DNA from: Patescibacteria group bacterium
Lineage (GTDB): Bacteria; Patescibacteriota; Patescibacteriia; Patescibacteriales; UBA12465
Reading direction: 5' to 3'
DNA: 50,561 nucleotides
NCBI GenBank assembly: GCA_038245255.1
Contig: JBBRSQ010000003.1
Span: forward strand, 1-50,561
This document shows positions 18,334 to 28,898 of the stretch, piece after piece. The notes below the pieces were generated by a model. It did not search any database and was not told the DNA's origin. It was given only the letters and a program-made list of their open reading frames with translations. How positions within the stretch are numbered: position 1 is the first letter of the stretch; each line of letters starts with the position of its first letter. The position numbers and the translations under genes are program-made.

Positions 18334-20763
18334 ATGTATATTTCTCTTAATTGGTTAAAAGACTTTATTAAACTATCTTCAAAAATTGATGCCGCGACTA
18401 TTTCCCAGGAACTTACTAGTCATACGGTTGAAGTTGAAGGTTTTATAAATCAAGCGAAACAGTTTGATAAAATTGTTATTGCTAAAGTTTTAGAAGTAAA
18501 AAAACATCCAAATGCGGATCGTTTACGTTTGGCGCTAGTCGATATAAAAACTAAGAAACTTAATATTGTTTGTGGAGCGCCTAATCTTGCCGAGGGTCAG
18601 TTAGTCCCCGTAGCGTTAATTGGTGCAATTTTACCAGGCGGCCTTGAAATAAAAGAATCGGAAATTAGAGGTGAAAAATCTTCCGGAATGATTTGCGCCG
18701 AAGATGAGCTTGGTATCGGAAAAAATCATGAAGGAATAATTGTTTTGCCAGAAACTGCAAAGATAGGAGAAAGTTTTGCTAAATATTTAAAGGCTAACGA
18801 TGTTATTTTAGAAGTTGATAATAAATCTCTTTCTAATCGGCCAGATTTATTAAATCATTATGGCATTGCACGAGAACTAGGTGTAATTTTTAATACAACG
18901 ATCAAGCCATATGAAAAATTTTTAGATAAGAAAATCAAGTTTTTAGATGCAAAACAAAATGAGCTGGAAGTAAAAGTTGAGGATAAAGAAGCCTGTCCTA
19001 GGTATATGGCAGTTAAAATAGACGGGCTTGAAGTTAAGGAGTCTCCGGCCTGGTTAAAAGAAAGATTAATTGCGGTTAATCAAAAGCCGATTAATAATTT
19101 AGTTGATTTAACTAATTATGTAATGCTTGAGTGCGGCCAACCGCTGCATGCCTTTTCGGCTGATAAAATAGAAAAAATTATTGTGCGTCGAGGATATAAA
19201 AATGAAACAATCGAAACATTGGACGAAAAAGAAAGAAGTTTGAATGAAGAAGATTTGCTAATTTGTGATAATAAAAATGTATTAGCTATTGCCGGAGTAA
19301 TGGGAGGACTTAATAGTGGTATAAATAAAGAAACAACTAGTATTATTCTCGAAGCAGCTAATTTCAAAGCTGGAGTTATTCGTAAAACTTCACAGAGACT
19401 GGGATTGCGAACGGAAGCGTCCACTCGTTTTGAAAAATCATTAGATGCAAATTTATGTGAAGTTGCCCTGCTGAGATTCCTAATGCTTTTAAAGAGCCTT
19501 TGCCCCTTAATGAAAATAAGTAGCTCTTTAATTGATATTAAAAATAAAAATGAGGAAATCAAGCCAATAGTAATGGACTTAAACTGGTTGAATAAAAAAA
19601 TTGGTCAGGAGATTCCAAAAACAGAAGTAATTAAAACTTTGAAAAACCTTGGCTTTAAAATTGCCGATGAAAAAGAGGATATATTTTCTATTAGTGTTCC
19701 CTCTTGGCGGGCGACAAAAGATATATCGAGCAAGGAAGATATTGCTGAGGAAGTCTTGCGAATATATGGTTATGATAATATTAAGTCAGAGCTACCACTA
19801 GAAACACTTAGATTACCGGAGGTAAATGAGGAAAGATTACTGGAAAGAAAAATAAAAAATATTCTTGCTCTTAAGTTTGGATTGAGCGAAGTTTATAATT
19901 ATTCTTTTTATGGGGAAGATCAATTAAAAAAATTAGAAATTGATTTTACAAAAAACCTTAAACTGGCTAACCCCTTATCTGATTTGCAGACGCTATTACG
20001 ACAATCTTTGGTACCGGGATTAGTGGCTAATATAAAAAATAATCAGTCAAAAGCTACAGATCTAAGTTTTTTTGAAATGGGAAGTGTTTTCTTTAACGCT
20101 GTCGGTGATATTAAAAAAGAACAATCAGGAGATGAAACCTTGCCCTACCAGGAAAAGCATCTTGGGCTAATTTTAGCTGGCGATAGTGATGAAATTTTCT
20201 CGAAACTGAAAGGAATTATTAATAACTTATTGCAATTGTTAATTGATTTTAACGTTGAAACGGAATTCTCTTTAACTGAAGAGCTCCCGGGATGGGCAGA
20301 TAAGAATAGTTCAGCTCAAGTAAGCGTTCTAAATAAAAACATTGGCTTTATTACCCTGCTTAACAAAGAAGTCATAAATAACGTTAATTTAAAGAAGATA
20401 GTCGCAGTCGCTGAAATTAATTTTAACGCTTTAGCGGAAATACTCTTGAGTTTAGCTTCAACTATATATCAGGAACCGAGAAAATATCCGACCGTCGTTC
20501 GTGATCTAGCTTTTGTTATAAATGAAAAAATATTGTATAATGAATTTAAGAAAGAATTAATTGAGTTTAACCCTTTAATAAGATCAGCGGAACTATTCGA
20601 TGTTTATAGTGGCAATAATTTAGCCAGTGATGAGAAAAGTTTAGCGTTTCATCTTAACTTTCAATCTGAAGAAAAGACACTAACAACAGAAGAAGTTGAT
20701 TCGGTAGTAACAGCTTTAATTCAAAGGTTAAATGAGAAATTTGAAGCCAAATTAAGAAATTAA
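18334..20763 (+). CDS. pheT: Phenylalanyl-tRNA synthetase beta subunit
   Basis: Start at MYISLNWL; HPNADRL, IVCGAPN, NRPDLL, GQPLHAF and RDLAFV. Confidence 0.99.
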   Translation: MYISLNWLKDFIKLSSKIDAATISQELTSHTVEVEGFINQAKQFDKIVIAKVLEVKKHPNADRLRLALVDIKTKKLNIVCGAPNLAEGQLVPVALIGAILPGGLEIKESEIRGEKSSGMICAEDELGIGKNHEGIIVLPETAKIGESFAKYLKANDVILEVDNKSLSNRPDLLNHYGIARELGVIFNTTIKPYEKFLDKKIKFLDAKQNELEVKVEDKEACPRYMAVKIDGLEVKESPAWLKERLIAVNQKPINNLVDLTNYVMLECGQPLHAFSADKIEKIIVRRGYKNETIETLDEKERSLNEEDLLICDNKNVLAIAGVMGGLNSGINKETTSIILEAANFKAGVIRKTSQRLGLRTEASTRFEKSLDANLCEVALLRFLMLLKSLCPLMKISSSLIDIKNKNEEIKPIVMDLNWLNKKIGQEIPKTEVIKTLKNLGFKIADEKEDIFSISVPSWRATKDISSKEDIAEEVLRIYGYDNIKSELPLETLRLPEVNEERLLERKIKNILALKFGLSEVYNYSFYGEDQLKKLEIDFTKNLKLANPLSDLQTLLRQSLVPGLVANIKNNQSKATDLSFFEMGSVFFNAVGDIKKEQSGDETLPYQEKHLGLILAGDSDEIFSKLKGIINNLLQLLIDFNVETEFSLTEELPGWADKNSSAQVSVLNKNIGFITLLNKEVINNVNLKKIVAVAEINFNALAEILLSLASTIYQEPRKYPTVVRDLAFVINEKILYNEFKKELIEFNPLIRSAELFDVYSGNNLASDEKSLAFHLNFQSEEKTLTTEEVDSVVTALIQRLNEKFEAKLRN

Positions 20764-20786
20764 GTTTTAATATAATTACAAATAAT

Positions 20787-21092
20787 ATGATTTTAACATC
20801 GAATGATATTTTAAATGTGGTGTTAGCAATCTGTATCGCCGTCTTAACCTTTTTTCTTTGCTTAGCGATATATTATTTTGTTGATAGTGTTAAAAGAATA
20901 AATAAAATTACTAAGAAAGTTGAAGGAACGGTGACTAAGGCAGAGGAGGTAGTAATCATGGCTAAGGATAAACTTAAAAACAGCCCGGCTTATTTTATGA
21001 TTTTAGCTGAGTTAGCTAAAAAGGCGGTGGCGTTTGTTCAAGAAAAAAAAACACGTAGTAAAGAAAAGGCTAATAAGAGTAATAAGAAATAA
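20787..21092 (+). CDS. Hypothetical single-TM coiled-coil protein
   Basis: N-terminal TM followed by an amphipathic helix; last gene before a terminator. Confidence 0.75.
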   Translation: MILTSNDILNVVLAICIAVLTFFLCLAIYYFVDSVKRINKITKKVEGTVTKAEEVVIMAKDKLKNSPAYFMILAELAKKAVAFVQEKKTRSKEKANKSNKK

Positions 21093-21124
21093 ATAAATTA
21101 ACACATTTATACATATACCGATAG

Positions 21125-21163
21125 TAATAAAAAAGTCCGGCGCACTGCCGGGCTTTTTTATTA
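21125..21163. terminator. Bidirectional terminator
   Basis: TAATAAAAAAGTCCGGC-GCACT-GCCGGGCTTTTTTATTA. Confidence 0.8.
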
Positions 21164-21180
21164 ATTAAATTTTTTTCTTT

Positions 21181-23454
21181 TTAACTCTCTTCCGCAGTAT
21201 CTTTCTTAATCTTTTTTTCTTTTTCGATATAACCACATTCTTTATTACTACATCTTATTTTATTTGTTTTAGTATCTTTTATAACGAGACCGCCACAGTC
21301 AGGACAATCACGACCAACTGGTTCGCCCCAATAGGCATTTTTACAATTAGGATAATTATTACAAGCCCAAAAAGCACCACGCTTACTAAATTTTTTAACA
21401 ATTTTACCTTCATGACATACTGGACAAGCAACTTCTTTCCCGCCCTCGCTCGCTTCAGAAATATTTTTTATATTTTTACATTTAGGGTAAGCGCTGCAGG
21501 CTAAAAATGGACCAAATTTACCCACACGAACTTTCATTGCTGAACCGCACTTTTCACAAACTTCGCCGTCGTATTTCTTTTGCATTTCTGCAATTTTTGG
21601 GTCAACTTCTTTTTTTTCATAAGTATTTCCCTCGCCGGTGAACTTTTTAATGTTTTTGCAATCAGGGTAGCCACTACAAGCTAGGAATTTACCGAAGCGT
21701 CCGATTTTAATAATCATTGGTGCTTTGCATTTTTCACAAATCTCTGTTGATTTTTCTTCTGGCATAATGTCTGTTTTTTTAATTTCTTCTTCTTTCTTTT
21801 TTAAATTTTCGTGAAAGTCACTATAGAACTCACTTATAACTGGCTGCCATTCTTTCTTGCCGTTAGCAATTGAGTCGAGATCATCTTCCATTTTAGCTGT
21901 AAAAGCATAATCTACTATTTTTGGAAAATGGTTTATCAGTAAATCTATAACTACGAAAGCAATGCTGGTTGGTTTTAATTTTTTATTATCATCGCGTTCG
22001 ACATAATTACGGGTAATAATAGTGTTTATCGTCGGCGCATAAGTAGACGGCCGGCCAATATCATGTTTTTCTAATTCTTTTACCAATCCGGCATCGGAAT
22101 AGCGAGCGGGTGGGTTTGTTGTATGTCCGTCAGCTCTTAATTCTAACAAGGAAAGAATATCTTTTTCTTTTAAGATTGGTAATTCTTGCTCTTTAGTTTT
22201 CTCAGGCCAAATTTTTAAGTAACCAGGGAAAACTAGCGTTTGTCCATTGGCTCTAAAAGTATATTCATCCTTTTTATCACTTGCCTTAACATCAATTATT
22301 GTCGCGGCTAGAGTAGCTGGCGTCATTTGACTGGAAACGGCTCTTTGCCAAATTAGTCGATAAAGACGTTCTTGATTTTTATCAAGTTTGCTGGCTAATA
22401 TTTCTGGTGTGATATTTGCTTCCGTTGGGCGAACAGCTTCGTGCGCCTCTTGAGCATTTTTACTTTTTCCTTTATAAACCTGACCCCCTTTAATAGCATA
22501 CTCCTCACCAAGATTTTTTTTAATCCACTCATAAGCATCGCCAAGGAACTTTGGAGAGAGGTTTAATGAGTCGGTTCTCATGTAGGTGATATAGCCCTCT
22601 TCGTATAATTTTTGCGCAATCATCATTGTTTGCTTAGCACTAAAGCCAAGTTGACGATTGGCTGCTTGCTGGAGGGTCGAAGTTGTAAACGGAGCTGCAG
22701 CGTTCTTTTTTACTTGTTTCTTTTCAATTTTTTCAACAATATATTCAGAGGATTGTAAATTTAATTTTATTTTTTCGGCCTCTTCTTTTTTAAGGCTTAA
22801 TTTATTAAAAGTTTTGTTTTTAATCTTATACAAATCGGCTGTAAATTGATTTTTTTTATCATCAAGGCTTAAATCAGCCGAAAGGCTCCAATATTCTTCG
22901 GTCTTAAACGCTAAAATTTCTCTTTCTCTTTCAACGATTAGTCTCGTAGCGACGCTCTGAACACGCCCAGCTGATAATCCTTTAGCAACCTTCTTCCAAA
23001 GAAAAGGCGAGAGTTCATAACCAACCAAACGATCAAGAATGCGACGGGCTTGCTGAGCGTCAACCATATCTTGATCAATTTGGCGTGGATGTTCTAGGGC
23101 TTCTAAAATAGCGCTTTTAGTAATCTCGTGAAAAGCAATTCTTTTAGTTTTTTTAATATCTAGGCCGAGTGCCTGAACTAAGTGCCAAGCAATAGCCTCT
23201 CCTTCGCGATCTTCATCGGAGGCGAGGATAACTTCTACTGATTTTTTAGCCGCTGATTTTAAAGTGCTTACTGTTTTTCTTGCTTTATCCGGAATAACAT
23301 ATTCAGGCACAAAATTATTTTTTAAATCGATTCCCATTTTGCTTTGCGGTAAATCCCGAATATGGCCGAATGAAGATTCGACCTGATAATTTTTATCTAG
23401 GAATTTTGCGATAGTCTTGGCTTTAGTAGGAGACTCAACGATAATTAAATTCAT
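21181..23454 (-). CDS. topA: DNA topoisomerase I with C-terminal C4 zinc fingers
   Basis: LIIVESPTKAKTI, ASDEDREGEAI, SAGRVQS, ITYMRTDS and several C-x2-C ... FLACS-x-YP-x-C repeats. Confidence 0.99.
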   Translation of the reverse strand: MNLIIVESPTKAKTIAKFLDKNYQVESSFGHIRDLPQSKMGIDLKNNFVPEYVIPDKARKTVSTLKSAAKKSVEVILASDEDREGEAIAWHLVQALGLDIKKTKRIAFHEITKSAILEALEHPRQIDQDMVDAQQARRILDRLVGYELSPFLWKKVAKGLSAGRVQSVATRLIVEREREILAFKTEEYWSLSADLSLDDKKNQFTADLYKIKNKTFNKLSLKKEEAEKIKLNLQSSEYIVEKIEKKQVKKNAAAPFTTSTLQQAANRQLGFSAKQTMMIAQKLYEEGYITYMRTDSLNLSPKFLGDAYEWIKKNLGEEYAIKGGQVYKGKSKNAQEAHEAVRPTEANITPEILASKLDKNQERLYRLIWQRAVSSQMTPATLAATIIDVKASDKKDEYTFRANGQTLVFPGYLKIWPEKTKEQELPILKEKDILSLLELRADGHTTNPPARYSDAGLVKELEKHDIGRPSTYAPTINTIITRNYVERDDNKKLKPTSIAFVVIDLLINHFPKIVDYAFTAKMEDDLDSIANGKKEWQPVISEFYSDFHENLKKKEEEIKKTDIMPEEKSTEICEKCKAPMIIKIGRFGKFLACSGYPDCKNIKKFTGEGNTYEKKEVDPKIAEMQKKYDGEVCEKCGSAMKVRVGKFGPFLACSAYPKCKNIKNISEASEGGKEVACPVCHEGKIVKKFSKRGAFWACNNYPNCKNAYWGEPVGRDCPDCGGLVIKDTKTNKIRCSNKECGYIEKEKKIKKDTAEES

Positions 23455-23466
23455 ATATAAAATAAT

Positions 23467-24597
23467 TTAATTAATATCATAGCCGATATCCGTGCATTTA
23501 GCAACGCCCCGGATTTCTAATATACTTAGTGTACTATTTATCAGCGCAGTGTCAAGTTTGGTTTTTTTTATAATTTCATCGACACTAATTGTCTCCGCGC
23601 AATCGTGCGCTTGTTTAATTAAGTCATAGATTAGCTTTTCGGTCTCAGTATTTAAAGTAATATGTGGTGATAATTTTTTAGTTGTTAGCTCGTCAATTGA
23701 CTCGTTTATATCATATGTTTCGAGGATATTTGACGCTCGGAGAACACTTATCGCGCCGGCTTTAATTAAAGTATTTGGACCTTTTGAAAATTCGGAAAAA
23801 ATATTACCCGGGACTGCTAATACTTCTCGATTTTGATCTAATGCGTGGGCGGCCGTGATTAATGCTCCTGACGGTTCTTTGGCTTCGATTACTAAGCAGG
23901 CTCGAGCTAGACCAGAAATAATTCGGTTTCGTTGCGGGAAGTTTTGTTTGAGAGCTGGAGTTCCTAAAGGAAATTCGGATATGATTAGTCCTCCATTTTT
24001 TAGTATATCTTTAGCGAGATTACTATTTGCGGGTGGGTAAAAATTTTTTGAATCAAGGCCTGTTCCTAAAACTGCGATTGTTAGGCCATTGTTTAATAAG
24101 GTAATTTTATGCGCTAAGGCGTCTATGCCTAGGGCTAACCCACTTACTATAATCAGTCCGGCATTAATAATTGGTGGCAATAGTTCGCTGAGTATTTTTT
24201 CGCCGTAGGCGCTGTGATTTCTTGAGCCAACGACCGATAAATAATTATTGCAGTTTCTTTGAAAAATGCTTAGTGAGCCTTTGTAATATAAAAGAAAAGG
24301 CGGGTCAGAAATCTCTTTTAAAATAGCCGGATAATTATCATCGTTCCAGGTTATAAAGTTAATGCCCTCTTCTTTTAAGTCGGTAATCATTTTACTTAAA
24401 TCGAAGGTTTTGCGCCAGCTAGTAAATTCACTTACAAGTTTTTCGCTTAAGCCAGCTCGATTAAGTTCAACCGCCGATGCGCAATATGCTTCCACTGAGG
24501 AACAAAAATATTTTTCTAAGGCCGTCATTCTTACTGGGCCGATTTTAGTGAAACAATTAAAGGCGAGTAGCGCCTCTCGGTTATTAATTTTTTCCAT
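23467..24597 (-). CDS. dprA: DNA-processing protein DprA
   Basis: DPPFLLYYKG, VVGSR, IVSGLALGIDA, NFPQRNRIISG and SGALITA. Confidence 0.97.
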   Translation of the reverse strand: MEKINNREALLAFNCFTKIGPVRMTALEKYFCSSVEAYCASAVELNRAGLSEKLVSEFTSWRKTFDLSKMITDLKEEGINFITWNDDNYPAILKEISDPPFLLYYKGSLSIFQRNCNNYLSVVGSRNHSAYGEKILSELLPPIINAGLIIVSGLALGIDALAHKITLLNNGLTIAVLGTGLDSKNFYPPANSNLAKDILKNGGLIISEFPLGTPALKQNFPQRNRIISGLARACLVIEAKEPSGALITAAHALDQNREVLAVPGNIFSEFSKGPNTLIKAGAISVLRASNILETYDINESIDELTTKKLSPHITLNTETEKLIYDLIKQAHDCAETISVDEIIKKTKLDTALINSTLSILEIRGVAKCTDIGYDIN

Positions 24598-24605
24598 AAG
24601 ATTAA

Positions 24606-24640
24606 ATAAAATCCCTCTAAGTTTTTTAGAGGGATTTTAT
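24606..24640 (-). terminator. Terminator-like 15-bp hairpin between pth and dprA
   Basis: ATAAAATCCCTCTAA-GTTTT-TTAGAGGGATTTTAT, U-rich after the stem on the minus strand. Confidence 0.65.
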
Positions 24641-24642
24641 AT

Positions 24643-25191
24643 TTATTTTAGATTGTCTTTATTTATTTTTGCAAATACTTCTTTTAATTTTTCTTTTTCT
24701 TCGTGGCTAAAAGGGGTAGTAACAAATTTTATTGGCGGAATATGAACGCGTAGCAATTCATTTTTAATTCCGAGACGGATCCGAGTAAATTTCTTTGTTT
24801 TGAGATAATCGATAATTGACTGAATACCGCGATGGCCGGCACTTCCTGAATCAGTCGCAAGTTTTAATTCCCCAAAATCAATATCTAGATCATCTTGAAT
24901 CACTGTCAGAACGTCTGTAAGGTCGGCGTCCTTTTTATTTATAAGACCAAAACTTTTCGGTAATAATTTATAGTAATTTAATATTTTTTGAACTGCCTGG
25001 CCGGAGTTGTTCATGAAGGTGAGTGGTTTAACGTATAAAACATCTCCTGCTTCATAGATTAAAGCTTGAAATTTTTTGCTTTCAAGCCATTTAACATCAC
25101 CTAAAAGATTATCTAGCGTTAGCCAGCCAATATTATGTCGTGTATTTTTGTATTGTTCCCCAGGATTACCTAGGCCGACAATAATTTTCAT
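24643..25191 (-). CDS. pth: Peptidyl-tRNA hydrolase
   Basis: IVGLGNPG, TRHNIG, KPLTFMNNSG and GSAGHRG. Confidence 0.97.
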   Translation of the reverse strand: MKIIVGLGNPGEQYKNTRHNIGWLTLDNLLGDVKWLESKKFQALIYEAGDVLYVKPLTFMNNSGQAVQKILNYYKLLPKSFGLINKKDADLTDVLTVIQDDLDIDFGELKLATDSGSAGHRGIQSIIDYLKTKKFTRIRLGIKNELLRVHIPPIKFVTTPFSHEEKEKLKEVFAKINKDNLK

Positions 25192-25195
25192 ATGA

Positions 25196-26596
25196 TTACT
25201 CGTTATAAGTTGTGTGTGATTTTCTTTCTTTGGTTACTGAAGTATGAATCGGAGTTCCCGTAAATCCGTACTTTTCTCGCAGACGATTTTCAATAAAGCG
25301 AACATAAGAAAAATGAAGATCATCGTTTGGACCGATACGAACAACGAAAGATGGCGGATTATGCTTTGTTTGTTTAAATTCGTAAATATGAGGTGCTTTT
25401 AAACCTTTGCCTTTAGCGGGGCGATGAAGTTTAACAACATGACTTAGGAATTTTGAACATTGCGAGTCACTAAGTTCAAGGGCACGGTCGCTAGCAATAG
25501 TTAAAATTAAATCAAGAATTTTATTAACCTTTTCACCAGTTTTGGCTGAAATAAATTGTAGTGGTGCCCAAGTTGCAAAAGGAAGTTTATCGTAAATTAT
25601 CTCTGTCCATTTTTTTGTATCGCGTGGGTCTATTAAATCCCATTTATTGGCGATAAAAATTAAACTCTTTTGGCGATCAACAATTTCTTGAATAATTTTA
25701 GCATCTTGGCGAGTAATTGGCTCACTAATATCCATTACTAAAATAGCGATATCGGCCTTATCTAAAGATTTAAGTGATTTTAAAATTCCCGGTTTTTCTA
25801 AACCCTTTCCTTTTGTTCCCTGTTTAGAAATTCCGGCCGTATCAACAAGGGTAATTTTTTTATTTTTATAAAAAACCTCTGTGTTTTGTGGTTCGCGGGT
25901 TGTGTGGGCGATAGGACTGACAATTACTCTTTCATAACCGAGAATTGAATTTAAGAGCGAGGATTTTCCGACGTTTGGTTTACCAATAATACAAGCGTTA
26001 ATTGGTCGGTCGTCTGGATTTTCAATAGCCTTCTTATTTTTCTTCTTTTTATCTATTCGATTTATAATAATGTCTAAAAGATCGCCCGTACCCATACTGC
26101 TAGCTGCGGAAACCGTAACCGGTTCGCCGAGTCCTAGTTTATTAAACTGAGCCGCTTCCGAAGCAGCGCGAAAATTATCAACCTTATTAGCTATTAACAT
26201 TATTTTTTTACTATAACTTGGGCTTTTCTTTAGCGCCTTAGCTAGCTCCCCGTCTTCAGGTAATAGTCCCGCTTTAGTATCAACGACAAACAAAATTAAA
26301 TCAGCACGATCTAAATAAGTGCGTGCTTGTCTTTGTGTTTGTGTATCAATATCATTATCGGCCAATTTTTTTGTTAACAAATATCTCCAGTCAAGAATTC
26401 CGGCGGTGTCGACTAATTCAAAAGCGCTGTTATCCCATTCTACTATTCCTAAATTACTGTCACGCGTTGTGCCGGCAATATCAGAAACAAGTGCTTGCCT
26501 TTTTTCAATCAGGCAATTAAAAAGCGTTGACTTCCCCACATTGGTTCGTCCGCACATAACCACTAAAGGCAGTTTGTTTTTTACGGGGTTTGTCAT
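25196..26596 (-). CDS. der: Ribosome biogenesis GTPase Der (EngA)
   Basis: Two GTPase domains (GRTNVGKS/DTAG/NKVD and GKPNVGKS/DTAG/NKWD) plus a KH-like C-terminus. Confidence 0.98.
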   Translation of the reverse strand: MTNPVKNKLPLVVMCGRTNVGKSTLFNCLIEKRQALVSDIAGTTRDSNLGIVEWDNSAFELVDTAGILDWRYLLTKKLADNDIDTQTQRQARTYLDRADLILFVVDTKAGLLPEDGELAKALKKSPSYSKKIMLIANKVDNFRAASEAAQFNKLGLGEPVTVSAASSMGTGDLLDIIINRIDKKKKNKKAIENPDDRPINACIIGKPNVGKSSLLNSILGYERVIVSPIAHTTREPQNTEVFYKNKKITLVDTAGISKQGTKGKGLEKPGILKSLKSLDKADIAILVMDISEPITRQDAKIIQEIVDRQKSLIFIANKWDLIDPRDTKKWTEIIYDKLPFATWAPLQFISAKTGEKVNKILDLILTIASDRALELSDSQCSKFLSHVVKLHRPAKGKGLKAPHIYEFKQTKHNPPSFVVRIGPNDDLHFSYVRFIENRLREKYGFTGTPIHTSVTKERKSHTTYNE

Positions 26597-26608
26597 AAAA
26601 TTATTTTT

Positions 26609-28066
26609 TTAATTATTCTTATTGGCGTTAGTCCCAAGTATAAGTAAAAAGTCAGATTCATTGGCGCCTGTTTTATAAGGTTCAAGCCAGTCCGGAGAAT
26701 TAAAAGCCTGAGTAGCGCCAGTTAGTTTTTTAAGAGCTATTAAGGAATCATTTTTTTGTCCGGCACTTAAATCATAAATAACCGAGCGCTCATAGTTTCT
26801 TTCAACAGCGTTGCCGGTACCAACTACCTTGAACTTATATGTTTCTAAAGTGGTGGACATTTTCCCAGCTAATCCAGCTACCCAGGTTCCATTAGCGATA
26901 AAGACTTTGGCATTATCAGTTATTGGGTCGACCGTTTTTGTGCTTATATTTGTATTGGTAGCGTTAAAAATATTTTGAACCATGCTTCTTATTTCTGAGT
27001 AATTACCGGAACGGGGAGTTAAAATATAAGCTCCGTCCTGGCCAGAGCCAGCAACTAGGTAGCCGTCGGGCGCGTCACTTAATACTTTATTTATAATCTG
27101 ATCTTTCTTTACATCTTTAAAAAGATCCCAGAGACGAATAATTTCCCAAGTACTAATATTTGTAGAAACGTCTTGGTTAAATTCACTGATTAATTTCGTC
27201 AGAACAACTGGATTTAATAAAGTTTGACGGGATAGAAGCTTTTCTTTAACCGCCTCAAGTAGTAATTGCTGACGTCGGGCACGAGCAAAATCAGAGCCCT
27301 CTACGCCTAAAGCATGACGACTACGTGCATATTTTAAAGCTAAGGTACCATTCATTTTTGTGGGCCCAGCGGTAAAACGGAGATGCTCAAAACGAGCGTA
27401 GTAATTTGGGTTGTCTTCTTGACCGTATGCTGGGTATGTATAATCATCAAAAGAATTTTCGACATTAATTTCTACGCCGCCAATTTCGTCGATTACTCTC
27501 TTAAAGCCTTCAAAATCTATTCGAACATAATAGTTTATCGGTTCTTGAAGAACTTCACTTATGGCCTTGCTGGTTTCTGTTCCACCAGATCCGGCTAGTT
27601 TCTGTTCGGCGTAAGCATTGACGCTATTTATTTTTCGCCACCCACTAACAGCCGCCGTCAAATCTCTAGGTATTGAAATAAGAGAAACTTGCTTAGTGGT
27701 CGGCTTTAGACTCGCGAGCATTATCGTGTCTGTTAAATTACCGCCATCATGGTTGCCACCGCCAATACCAAGTAACAGAATGTTTATACGATCATTTTCT
27801 TCGCCGGCTAATTGTTTATCGGCAGCCGGTACTAATTGTCTGATTTTAGAAAAAAAATCTAGTCCGGGAATCCAATTAGTCGCATTTTGGCTAGACATTA
27901 AAACTTCCCCTGAAAAAACCAAAGCGATTACTACAATTGCAATAATATAAAGAGTTATTCTCTTTCTTTTTTTATTTTTAATTATTAGTTCCGCGTCGGG
28001 CAAATAACCTTGGGTCTTTCGTTCCATTTCTTCTGCTTCTTGCATTTTTTGCTTAAAATCTATCAT
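26609..28066 (-). CDS. LCP (LytR-CpsA-Psr) family protein with LytR C-terminal domain
   Basis: INILLLG, TDTIML, SIPRD, YARSRH and SDFARARRQQ; C-terminal NGT..GLA motif; N-terminal TM. Confidence 0.94.
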   Translation of the reverse strand: MIDFKQKMQEAEEMERKTQGYLPDAELIIKNKKRKRITLYIIAIVVIALVFSGEVLMSSQNATNWIPGLDFFSKIRQLVPAADKQLAGEENDRINILLLGIGGGNHDGGNLTDTIMLASLKPTTKQVSLISIPRDLTAAVSGWRKINSVNAYAEQKLAGSGGTETSKAISEVLQEPINYYVRIDFEGFKRVIDEIGGVEINVENSFDDYTYPAYGQEDNPNYYARFEHLRFTAGPTKMNGTLALKYARSRHALGVEGSDFARARRQQLLLEAVKEKLLSRQTLLNPVVLTKLISEFNQDVSTNISTWEIIRLWDLFKDVKKDQIINKVLSDAPDGYLVAGSGQDGAYILTPRSGNYSEIRSMVQNIFNATNTNISTKTVDPITDNAKVFIANGTWVAGLAGKMSTTLETYKFKVVGTGNAVERNYERSVIYDLSAGQKNDSLIALKKLTGATQAFNSPDWLEPYKTGANESDFLLILGTNANKNN

Positions 28067-28123
28067 AAATAATAAAAAATTCTGTCTAATGAAGAATTAT
28101 TCTTAGGTATATTTCTATGTTGT

Positions 28124-28152
28124 ATTATAAGCGTCGGAAGGCCTTTTGTCAA
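28124..28152 (-). promoter_or_regulatory. Consensus sigma70 promoter of the LCP-der-pth operon
   Basis: TTGACA-17 bp-TATAAT. Confidence 0.8.
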
Positions 28153-28224
28153 AGACGAAAAAGATAAGAAATACTTCTTTAATTCATAGTTTAACTAGTC
28201 TTATTCCTTTTATGTTTATGTTAA

Positions 28225-28278
28225 TTGACGGTATTTGCTTATTCTGATATATTTGATACACTTACCGACCGGTAAGTG
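28225..28278 (+). promoter_or_regulatory. Promoter and putative TetR operator
   Basis: TTGACG-17 bp-TATATT with TG extension; palindrome CACTTACCG-AC-CGGTAAGTG (28259-28278) over the predicted start site. Confidence 0.7.
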
Positions 28279-28300
28279 AGAAGTTAATAATTTAAAATAT

Positions 28301-28897
28301 ATGAAAACTATTTTAAAAGATTGTCAAAAAAATGCTCAAGGAACTAAAGAGGATATTATCGATACGGCACGAAAGTATTTTTCCGAATATAACTATTTGA
28401 GCGTTTCCATGGAGGATATAGCCAAAAAACTTAAAATTACTAAAGCCGCCTTATATTACCACTATACCGGTAAATCAGAAATATACAGAAAAGTATTAGA
28501 CGGAGTAACATTTGATTTAAACATAATGATGAATCGAGCCTTAAATCAAAAAACTTCCGAAAAAAAATTATACAAATTAATTAAGAGCTACTTAGATTTC
28601 GGTATTAAAGAAAAAAACCTTATTAAATTCTTAATGGTTAAATTACCCCAAACCAAATCTGACGAATCTGAAATAAATAAACACTTTGCTAAATTTAGAG
28701 AGCAAGTAGTTGAAATCATTAGTCCAGTAATAAAAGAAGTTTTCGCAAGCAAGAAGATAAGGAAAAAATTCGATAACCGATTAGTAACTTCCCTACTGAC
28801 GAACATGATGGACGGATTACTATTAGAACATTCATTTCTTAATAAAAGAATTAATTCGGATAAAATATCAAGACAAATAATCGACTTAATTTTTTAG
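28301..28897 (+). CDS. TetR/AcrR family transcriptional regulator
   Basis: N-terminal HTH: IIDTARKYFSEYNYLSVSMEDIAKKLKITKAALYYHYTGK. Confidence 0.95.
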   Translation: MKTILKDCQKNAQGTKEDIIDTARKYFSEYNYLSVSMEDIAKKLKITKAALYYHYTGKSEIYRKVLDGVTFDLNIMMNRALNQKTSEKKLYKLIKSYLDFGIKEKNLIKFLMVKLPQTKSDESEINKHFAKFREQVVEIISPVIKEVFASKKIRKKFDNRLVTSLLTNMMDGLLLEHSFLNKRINSDKISRQIIDLIF

Positions 28898-28898
28898 T

